Assembly (NCBI GenBank): GCA_016932695.1
Contig: JAFGCH010000143.1
Location: 4,768-68,767 of the forward strand
DNA from: Acidimicrobiia bacterium
GTDB lineage: Bacteria; Actinomycetota; Acidimicrobiia; Spongiisociales; UBA11373
Reading direction: 5' to 3'
DNA length: 64,000 bases
Position 1 is the stretch's first letter. Every line of letters starts with the position of its first letter. The position numbers were made by a program, and so were the translations under genes. Below, piece after piece: positions 57,270 through 64,000 of the stretch. Below the pieces are notes generated by a model that had not been told where the DNA came from, did not search any database, and was given only the letters and a program-made list of their open reading frames with translations.

Positions 57270-57929
57270 TCACTCAGCGCCCCTGGAGGTGGCAGGCCAG
57301 CCCCCGTCGTTGTCGAACAGCAGACGGCTGACGTAGACCCGGGAGGGCTGCCGCCGCAGCGGACCGTTGCCCATGAGACGCTTGACCCACATCGGGAGTA
57401 CCAGCGCCGCCCCCAGCAGCCCCCCGGCCACCGGGTCCGCCACCGTCGAGGGCCAGCCTGCCGTCAGTGCCAGCGCTGCGGGGAGCGCCACCTGAGCCAC
57501 GAAAGAGCCCAGGCCGGTCTGACGAAACAGGCGCCCAATACCCAACCCCAGGAACAGCACCGCTGCGCCGGGCCAGGCCATGGTCAGGCAGACGCCGAGG
57601 GCCACCGAGATCGCCCGGCCTCCCGCCCCTCCCAGGAAGGCGGACCAGTTGTGCCCCACCGCCGCCGCCCCGGCCCCGCAGGCGGCCAGCAGGGGATGAG
57701 AGCCGGCGAGGAGCACCACGGCCGCCGCCCCCTTCCCGATGTCGAGCAGGCCGGCCACAGCCATGGGGACGAAGCCCGAGGTGGTCTCGACCCCGGTGCC
57801 CGACACGGTCCCGGTGCCTACACGCCGCAAGTCCACGCCGGAGACGGCCCGGGCAACCAGGTAGGAGAAGGGAACGGAGCCCAGCAGGAAAGCTCCCACC
57901 AGGTAGCCGGCGGCGATCCACCACCCCAT
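57270..57929 (-). CDS. plsY: PlsY-like glycerol-3-phosphate acyltransferase, divergent
   Basis: LGSVPFSY, DLRRVGTG, LDIGKG, GHNWS; motifs 1-3 atypical. Confidence 0.7.
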   Translation of the reverse strand: MGWWIAAGYLVGAFLLGSVPFSYLVARAVSGVDLRRVGTGTVSGTGVETTSGFVPMAVAGLLDIGKGAAAVVLLAGSHPLLAACGAGAAAVGHNWSAFLGGAGGRAISVALGVCLTMAWPGAAVLFLGLGIGRLFRQTGLGSFVAQVALPAALALTAGWPSTVADPVAGGLLGAALVLPMWVKRLMGNGPLRRQPSRVYVSRLLFDNDGGWPATSRGAE

Positions 57930-57991
57930 TGCCCGGCCACGCTAGCGCCCCCGCTCGCTGCCGGGCCCGGTGCCGCGGATGCTGTGGCCCG

Positions 57992-59689
57992 CTACTCGGG
58001 TTCGCGAGTGGGCAACCGAACCACCAAACGGGCGCCGCCGGCGTCTCCCTCTTCGGCCACCACGGTGCCGCCGTGGGCCTCGACCACCTCGCGCACGACC
58101 GCCAATCCCAGCCCGGTGCCCCCGGCGTCTCGGTCGCGCGCCTCGCCCAGGCGAGCGAAGCGTTCGAACACCTGCTCGCGCTCGGCTTCGGGGATGCCGG
58201 TGCCGTCGTCTTCAACCACCGCCACCACCTGGCCTTCCTCCAATGTCACCCGCAGCACGATGCGGCTGCTGGCGTGGCGCCGGGCGTTGTCGAGCAGATT
58301 GCGCACTACCCGGCGCAGAGAGAGAGCATCGCCTCGCAGCCGGGCCTCCCCTACTCCGCCGACATCCACCGCCAGCCCCTCTACCCGCAGCGCTTCCTGG
58401 GACATGATGTCGCCCAGATCCAGTTCCTCGGTGTGGGCCAGCACCACCCCCTCGTCGGCGCGGGCCAGGGCGAGCAGATCGTCCACCAGGCGCTCCATGC
58501 GCACCCCCTCCTCCAGCACCCCGGAGGCCACCCCAGACCAGTCCACCTTCTCCGGGTGCGCCAGGGCCACTTCGAGCTGGGTGCGCAACGACGCCAGCGG
58601 GCTGCGCAACTCGTGCGAAGCGTCGCTGATGAAGCGGCGCTGCCGGTCGGAGGAACGCTGCAGACGGTCGAGCATGCGGTTCATGGTGGCCGCCAGCCGG
58701 CTCACCTCGTCCCCGGTGCCGGGGTCCGGCACCCGCTGGTGGAGGTCGAAGGCCCCGATCTGCGCCACCCGGGAGCGGATGGCCTCGACCGGGTGCAGTG
58801 CCCGCCCCACCACCAGCCAGGTGAGGATGGCCACCACTGCGACCAGCACCGGCACGCCGATGGCAATCATTCGGCTGAAGCGCTCGACGTCCTCCTGCAC
58901 CGTCTCCAGGGAGGGCAGTACTACCGAGCGCCCCACCACCCCGGTGAGCACCGAAAGGCCCCCACCCTCTCCCAGGCCGGCCACGGTGAGGTCGGGATAG
59001 TCCGGCACCCCGTTGGAACGCATGCAGGCGGCGTAGGTGAACAGCACGTCCTGGAGGCGCGCCTCCACTGCCCCCCGGTCGAGCACGTCCACCCCATCGA
59101 AAGCGGTGGTGATCACCCGGTCGCACAAGCCGACCGCGGCCGCGACACGTTCTTCGACGAGCACCTCCCCGGTGAGGCACTCGTTGAACACGTTGAGGAA
59201 CTCATCGGAGGAGGCGATCTCCTCGAACTCCGAGAAAGTGACCACCGGGTTGCCGATGGCGTCGATGGCCTTGCGTTCGCACTGGCCCGTTGCCGAGTAC
59301 AGCGGGCTGGCACGCCGGGTGCAGGTCTCGTACGCCAGGATGACTGCCTCGTCGATGGCATTGCGGTAGAAGAAGTCGCTGAAACGCCGCGGCCGTTCGC
59401 CGTAGGCCATGGCCAGCACGGGCGCACACGTCCGGTCGAGGGTCTCGGCGGTCACCTCGAACGGATCCACCGCCACCCCCAGAGAGAGGAGGGCCAGCTC
59501 GGCCACCACGCCCCGATCGAGCTCGCTGCGGGCGTCCACCAGGCTGCGGGTTAGGGTGTCGCGCACGTCGTCGATGAGCGCCCGGCGGGTGATCACCAGC
59601 AGGCCCACTCCCCCGGCGACCAGGGCGGCCCCGACGATGAGCGTGGTGGCCATGGTCAGCCGGGAGCGCACCGAGCGGAAGAGCGCCAT
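57992..59689 (-). CDS. Sensor histidine kinase (HAMP-HisKA-HATPase) with Cys-rich extracytoplasmic domain
   Basis: Two TM segments, DEVSRLAATMN, DASHELRSPL, NLLDNA, DDGTG, GTGLGL. Confidence 0.93.
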   Translation of the reverse strand: MALFRSVRSRLTMATTLIVGAALVAGGVGLLVITRRALIDDVRDTLTRSLVDARSELDRGVVAELALLSLGVAVDPFEVTAETLDRTCAPVLAMAYGERPRRFSDFFYRNAIDEAVILAYETCTRRASPLYSATGQCERKAIDAIGNPVVTFSEFEEIASSDEFLNVFNECLTGEVLVEERVAAAVGLCDRVITTAFDGVDVLDRGAVEARLQDVLFTYAACMRSNGVPDYPDLTVAGLGEGGGLSVLTGVVGRSVVLPSLETVQEDVERFSRMIAIGVPVLVAVVAILTWLVVGRALHPVEAIRSRVAQIGAFDLHQRVPDPGTGDEVSRLAATMNRMLDRLQRSSDRQRRFISDASHELRSPLASLRTQLEVALAHPEKVDWSGVASGVLEEGVRMERLVDDLLALARADEGVVLAHTEELDLGDIMSQEALRVEGLAVDVGGVGEARLRGDALSLRRVVRNLLDNARRHASSRIVLRVTLEEGQVVAVVEDDGTGIPEAEREQVFERFARLGEARDRDAGGTGLGLAVVREVVEAHGGTVVAEEGDAGGARLVVRLPTREPE

Positions 59690-60360
59690 CAGCCCTCCGT
59701 CAGGAGGTATCCCACCCCCCGCACCGTCTGCAGGGTGTCGCGGTCGAAGGGGCGATCGATCTTGCGGCGCAGGTAGCCCAGGTAGACCTCGACCACATTG
59801 GGGTCGACCCCCGAGTCGGGGCCCCAGACCCGGTCGAGCAGTTCCTGCTTGGAGACGACCTCCCCGGCCCGGGTCATGAGGGCTTCGAGCAGGTCTACCT
59901 CTCGCGGGGTGAGGTGGATGGGCACCCCGCCTCGCTCACAGGTGCGGGTGGCTGGGTCGAGGCGCAGGTCCCCCACCTGGCAGGGCACGGGCCTGGCCCC
60001 GCTCCCCCGGCGCACCAGCGCCCGCAGCCGCGCCACCAGCACCACGTAGGAGAAGGGCTTGGAGAGGAAGTCGTCGGCCCCGGTGTCGAGCGCCTCGGCC
60101 TCGTCGTACTCCCCCGACTTGGCGGTCAGCATCAGGATGGGGGTCCAGTTGCCCGCCGCTCGCATCTCGGCACAGACCTTGTAGCCGTTCATCCCCGGCA
60201 GGAGGATGTCGAGCACCAGCGCGTCGTACCGTCCCTCCATGGCCATGGAGAGCCCGGTCAGCCCGTTGTGGGCCAAGTCGATCTCGAAGCCCTCCGCCTC
60301 CAGGCCCAGCTTCAAAGCCTGGGCGAGGCGGACCTCATCCTCCACTACCAGCAAGCGCAT
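59689..60360 (-). CDS. OmpR/PhoB-family response regulator
   Basis: VVEDE, LDILLPG, LTAK, KPFS, TVRGVGY. Confidence 0.95.
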   Translation of the reverse strand: MRLLVVEDEVRLAQALKLGLEAEGFEIDLAHNGLTGLSMAMEGRYDALVLDILLPGMNGYKVCAEMRAAGNWTPILMLTAKSGEYDEAEALDTGADDFLSKPFSYVVLVARLRALVRRGSGARPVPCQVGDLRLDPATRTCERGGVPIHLTPREVDLLEALMTRAGEVVSKQELLDRVWGPDSGVDPNVVEVYLGYLRRKIDRPFDRDTLQTVRGVGYLLTEG

Positions 60361-60527
60361 GAGGGGAGTATCGCAGGGGAGAGGAGATCGGTGCGGAGGA
60401 ACGCTTCCGAGAGCCGTCCTGCCTCCGGGACCATCGCGTGGAGAGAGCCGCCGCTGCCTCTGGGCGGCAGGGCCGGCCGCCGCTGCCTCTTCCACCCGGA
60501 AGCCGGGCGATCGTCCGGTACACTGAC

Positions 60528-60707
60528 ACGGTCGGGCTCGAAGACCCACCCCGCCCCGGTTTCCGCTCGAGCTACCTTCCCCAACCGAACCCTGCCGGCA
60601 ACAGCGGCAACCCGGGGAACCCGGCGGGTCTCGGTTTCGTCTTCTCCCGATCCCAGGAGAAGCAGGGACCGTGGAGCCGGCACGGCCGTCGATCCGGGGG
60701 AGCAGCA
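60528..60707 (+). promoter_or_regulatory. Structured putative 5' leader (riboswitch-like candidate)
   Basis: TACACT -10 near 60519-60524; long stem 60583-60598 / 60621-60636; hairpin 60641-60662; partial resemblance to the 5' half of the c-di-AMP aptamer. Confidence 0.3.
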
Positions 60708-62051
60708 GTGTGGCGGCGAAGGCCCAGGCGACACCTCGGGAGGGCCCGGCCTTCATGGACCGGACCCGGTTCTACGCCCCAGCCACCCCTGGAAGGAACG
60801 CCGGCCGGAGTCGGCTCGCCCTTGGCGCCTTCGCTTCCCGACCGGCTCTCGGACGATCCCGTCCGCGGACTCGCGGACGACGACCTCGGCACCTCATCCC
60901 CCACCCCCGCATGGGTCCCACCCGAGCCGATACCAACCGCTCCGGCCGATGAGACCGCCGGGGCGAGCCGGCCCATTGCCCCTTTCCGCCGCGACTACGT
61001 CTATCGCGCCATTCGCTTGGTGGGCCGGGACCGTCCCTTCCTCACGGGGGCCGCCTACTTCTTGATCTCACTTGGGAGTATCTACCTGATCGGGTTCTTG
61101 ACCGGGGATCTCTTCGGCTCGGCGGAGAAGGGCATACCTCCCTTCTACCTCAACGTCCCGAACAACATCAGCCTCGGCTTCCTAGCTCCGGTAGGAGCAG
61201 CCCTCCTCTGCAACCACTACAACGAGATAGGCCGGACATGGGCTTATGTCAGGAAGGGGTCGGTCCTGGCAGACCCAGATCCGGCCGCCCTCGACGCTCT
61301 CGAAGGGCGGGTCGACGCGGCCTACAACCGCTGGCTCTTCGTGATTGTCCCCCTGGTCATTGCCGTCGCCCTCAACGTTTTCAACTACATAATCAAGGCC
61401 GACACCTGGCTGGGCATGAGCGGTGGGATCACCGCCGTCTACGCCCGCCTGTTCATCACCGCCAACTTCTTCATGATCGGCCTGATCCTGTACAAGGCGA
61501 TGGTCACCGCCTGGTCGCTACAGCGCATCCTCAGCCTGCCCCTCACCGTCCAACCCCTGCACCCTGATCGCGCCGGTGGGCTCAAGCCCTTCGGCTCGCT
61601 TTCGTTGGCGATCTTCTACTTCCTGTCCTTGATAACCGTCTACTTCACCCTCCTGCTCCTACTGGACGAGACCGCGAGGAGCAACCTTCGGTACTACCTA
61701 CCGATCTACTTGCTCTTCTACGTTTTGGCCCCGCTCCTGCTGATGCTCTCGCTGGGCAAGGCACATCGGCAGATGGCGTCGGCCAAGGAACAGGTGCTAC
61801 ACCGCCTGGCCACCACTTTCAACAAGCGCTACCGGGCGATGCTCGCGTCCGAGCACCAGGAAGAACTCGACATGGCCACCGCCCGAGATATCGAACGGAT
61901 CCACAGCATCTACGCCATCGTGGAGAAGATGCCGGTGTGGCCGTTCGACCTGCGCAACTTGTCCCGATTCGTCACTGCGATCGTGCTGCCGGGGTTGGTG
62001 CTCCTCACCCAGTTCCTCATCGACCGGGCGTTCCCTGGGCTGATGCCCTAG
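60708..62051 (+). CDS. Hypothetical multi-TM membrane protein with Pro-rich N-terminus
   Basis: GGGGAG 6 nt before GTG 60708 (start inferred); about 7 TM segments; HPDRAGGLKPFG and PVWPFD motifs. Confidence 0.65.
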   Translation: MWRRRPRRHLGRARPSWTGPGSTPQPPLEGTPAGVGSPLAPSLPDRLSDDPVRGLADDDLGTSSPTPAWVPPEPIPTAPADETAGASRPIAPFRRDYVYRAIRLVGRDRPFLTGAAYFLISLGSIYLIGFLTGDLFGSAEKGIPPFYLNVPNNISLGFLAPVGAALLCNHYNEIGRTWAYVRKGSVLADPDPAALDALEGRVDAAYNRWLFVIVPLVIAVALNVFNYIIKADTWLGMSGGITAVYARLFITANFFMIGLILYKAMVTAWSLQRILSLPLTVQPLHPDRAGGLKPFGSLSLAIFYFLSLITVYFTLLLLLDETARSNLRYYLPIYLLFYVLAPLLLMLSLGKAHRQMASAKEQVLHRLATTFNKRYRAMLASEHQEELDMATARDIERIHSIYAIVEKMPVWPFDLRNLSRFVTAIVLPGLVLLTQFLIDRAFPGLMP

Positions 62052-62256
62052 AAGCCGCGCGGGTAGGTGGCTGTGAATCTCGCTCCTGCCGGCAGGAAGG
62101 CCCCCTGCGGTCAGCCGGCTGCGCTGGGTGCCCCAAGGACTCCCCCCGACCACACACCCACCGGCGCGCCACGGGTCGCAGGTGCAGGTCCGTCGCTAAG
62201 GGTCGGCTCACCGGCGTGGGGCCTGCCGCCTCCGTCATCTCCCATGCCGCGCCCCC

Positions 62257-63078
62257 TCAGGGCCGCCGCGCCCATAGCGAGTACATCAGCGGCACCAGGT
62301 CGCGCTGCTCCTGAGGAAGGCGCCAGCGCCCGTCCTCGCCCTGGGTCATCTGCGGTAGGCCCTGCCACTCGAGCTCCCGGAACTCGCGCAAGCCCGTGAT
62401 CTGCAGACCGGCATCGACCAGCGCGGTGACCACTTCCCCCAGGCCGTGGTTCCACTCGTAGGTCCGGGCATGGGTCACCGTCCCCGGGCCGGCGTAGGTC
62501 CCGGGGTCGTCATCCACGATCGGCTCGGCCGTCTCGAAGTAGGGGTAGCGCACCACCAGGGCGGCGTCGTCGCGCCAGTCCAGGCTCCAGAGCATGGGGT
62601 GCCCCTCCCGGATGTAGAAGAGGCCCCCCGGAGCCAGGAAGCCGGCGACCACCTCGGCCCAGCGCCGGATGTCGGGCAGCCAGTTCAGCGCCCCCACCCC
62701 GGTGTAGACGATGTCGAAGGCTTCGGGCAGCATCCGGGGTGAGTCGTACAACTCGGCGACCACGAAGCGTCCCGGGGTGCCGCTCGCTGCACTCAGCCGG
62801 CGGGCCGCGGCGATCGCCGGCGCGGAGAAGTCCACCCCGGTCACCTCCGCCCCCAGCCGAGCCCACGACAGGGTATCCCTGCCCATGTGGCACTGCAGGT
62901 GCAGCAGGCGCTTGCCACTCACGTCGCCCAGCAGCGGAGCGTCGAAGGCCACCTCCTCGCTGAGGCGCGCCGGGTCGGCCACGAAGCCGGCGACGTCGTA
63001 CACCGGGGAGTCCCAGTGGATGGGCACCCGGTCGTCCCAGTTGTCACGGTTGGCGCGCCGATGCTCGTCGAGAGGCAC
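62257..63078 (-). CDS. Class I SAM-dependent methyltransferase
   Basis: LLHLQCHMG, GVDFS, FDIVYTG, LAPGG. Confidence 0.9.
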   Translation of the reverse strand: MPLDEHRRANRDNWDDRVPIHWDSPVYDVAGFVADPARLSEEVAFDAPLLGDVSGKRLLHLQCHMGRDTLSWARLGAEVTGVDFSAPAIAAARRLSAASGTPGRFVVAELYDSPRMLPEAFDIVYTGVGALNWLPDIRRWAEVVAGFLAPGGLFYIREGHPMLWSLDWRDDAALVVRYPYFETAEPIVDDDPGTYAGPGTVTHARTYEWNHGLGEVVTALVDAGLQITGLREFRELEWQGLPQMTQGEDGRWRLPQEQRDLVPLMYSLWARRP

Positions 63079-63167
63079 GGCGGGCCACGCTAGCCGCCCG
63101 CCGCTACAGGGTCGAAGGGCCAGACCGCGGCTAGGTTCCTACGAGCACGCTCTCCTGGGAGGAAGCC

Positions 63168-64000
63168 ATGGGCCCGTTCCTCGTTCCCCCGCTGCTGGCG
63201 CAGGCCGCCCCCGACCCCGGCCTGAGCGCCGCCTGCGGCGATGCCCCCGGCGTCGTCTGCCGGCTGGTCTTCGAGTGGACCGGCAGCGAGACCGCCCCGC
63301 GCGTAGTGGAGTGGATCGTGGCCAAGCCGCTCAAAGTCATCCTGGTGCTGGCCGCGGCCTACGTCCTCAACCGCCTGATCCGGCGAGCCATCCGGCACCT
63401 GGTGGATCGCCTCATCGCCAAGCGTGAGGAGGAGGCCCGGACCCGCCAGGAGGAGGCGGTCACCGGCTGGAACGCCGCTCTGAGCGAACGGCGCCGGGCC
63501 AAGGCGCTGCTCTTGGCCGACCAGGCGGCGCGCAGCCGCCAGCGGGCCCAGGCTCTGGGCACCGTGCTGCGCAGCCTGACCTCCGCCGTCCTCTACAGCC
63601 TGGCCACGCTGATCGTCTTGGCGGAATTCGGGGTGAACCTCGGGCCGCTGATCGCCGGGGCCGGGATTGCCGGCATCGCTCTCGGCTTCGGAGCGCAGAC
63701 TCTGGTGCGGGATTTCCTCAGCGGGCTCTTCATGCTGGCCGAGGATCAGTACGGGGTCGGCGACGTGGTCGACCTGGGCGAGGCCTCGGGGGTGGTCGAG
63801 GAGATCCGGCTGCGCACCACCCGCCTGCGCGATGTCAACGGCACCGTCTGGTTCGTCCCCAACGGGGAGATCCGCCGCGTGGCGAACAAGTCGCAACAGT
63901 GGGCTCGAGCCGTGCTCGACGTCGAAGTGGCCTACAACGCCGACCTCGAGGCCGCCACCCGGGTGATCAAGGCGGCGGCCGACTCCATCTGGGAGGAGCA
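63168..64000 (+). CDS. Small-conductance mechanosensitive channel (MscS/YbiO-like), 3' truncated by the window edge
   Basis: Not in the ORF track; hand-translated MGPFLVPP...GPLIAGAGIAGIALGFGAQTLVRDFLSG...VGDVV...IRLRTTRLRD...VPNG; GGGAGG RBS. Confidence 0.92.
   Translation, partial: MGPFLVPPLLAQAAPDPGLSAACGDAPGVVCRLVFEWTGSETAPRVVEWIVAKPLKVILVLAAAYVLNRLIRRAIRHLVDRLIAKREEEARTRQEEAVTGWNAALSERRRAKALLLADQAARSRQRAQALGTVLRSLTSAVLYSLATLIVLAEFGVNLGPLIAGAGIAGIALGFGAQTLVRDFLSGLFMLAEDQYGVGDVVDLGEASGVVEEIRLRTTRLRDVNGTVWFVPNGEIRRVANKSQQWARAVLDVEVAYNADLEAATRVIKAAADSIWEE

Noticed and set aside
2527-62051. Long N-terminal extensions given by the track for hypE, hypD, hypC, gatD, sulfotransferase, BtpA, SixA, MFS, DUF4032, ALDH and the response regulator
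   Set aside because: They overlap upstream genes; homology, RBS or -10 position and ATGA/GTGA coupling indicate shorter starts
62017-62238. 73-aa minus-strand ORF with GGGAG before ATG (TDLHLRPV...)
   Set aside because: Low-complexity translation that overlaps the convergent gene end; no recognisable family
181-63966. Hundreds of long overlapping ORFs in the track (e.g. 181-1521, 2593-3609, 17246-18808, 22970-24808, 26844-29798, 43639-45726, 57467-59554)
   Set aside because: Antisense or off-frame shadows typical of very high GC DNA: Arg/Gly/Pro-rich, no motifs, and they overlap well-supported genes
1-64000. CRISPR array, IS or transposase, integrase, rRNA or tRNA genes
   Set aside because: None seen; all intergenic gaps are under about 350 bp and lack repeat-spacer periodicity or terminal inverted repeats

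Overview
Gene-dense, very GC-rich bacterial chromosome segment, most likely from an actinobacterium. This is inferred from the Rv2191-like exonuclease, MDMPI-family protein, DUF4032, M16-dapB and dapA-rnj gene pairs, a GAAC-N4-GTTC SOS box and many leaderless genes. About 60 CDS can be supported. They include a hypFCDE hydrogenase-maturation operon with no hypAB or hydrogenase in the window, a vapBC pair, dapA/dapB/rnj, a vWA plus MoxR/CbbQ-type AAA+ pair, cysK-cysE, long Lhr helicase, murT-gatD, aroQ, nucleoside hydrolase-ribokinase, archease-rtcB, degV-plsY-like genes, a two-component system and a partial mscS. No tRNA, rRNA, CRISPR array or transposase was seen. The most notable observations are: (1) an unannotated Cys-rich 24-aa leader peptide with attenuator-like hairpins upstream of cysK-cysE; (2) a MoxR/CbbQ-type AAA+ ATPase with an apparently reciprocal Walker A/Walker B swap (GKD and SE instead of GK[ST] and DE), paired with an HExxH-vWA protein; (3) a 6S-like rod RNA with a central bubble at about 1.4-1.57 kb; (4) a MazF/PemK C-terminal remnant in frame behind a regulator's stop codon; (5) a LexA box inside a leaderless promoter; (6) a structured leader, partly resembling the c-di-AMP riboswitch, before an orphan membrane protein. 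All assignments come from motif recognition by eye; no database searches or folding programs were run.
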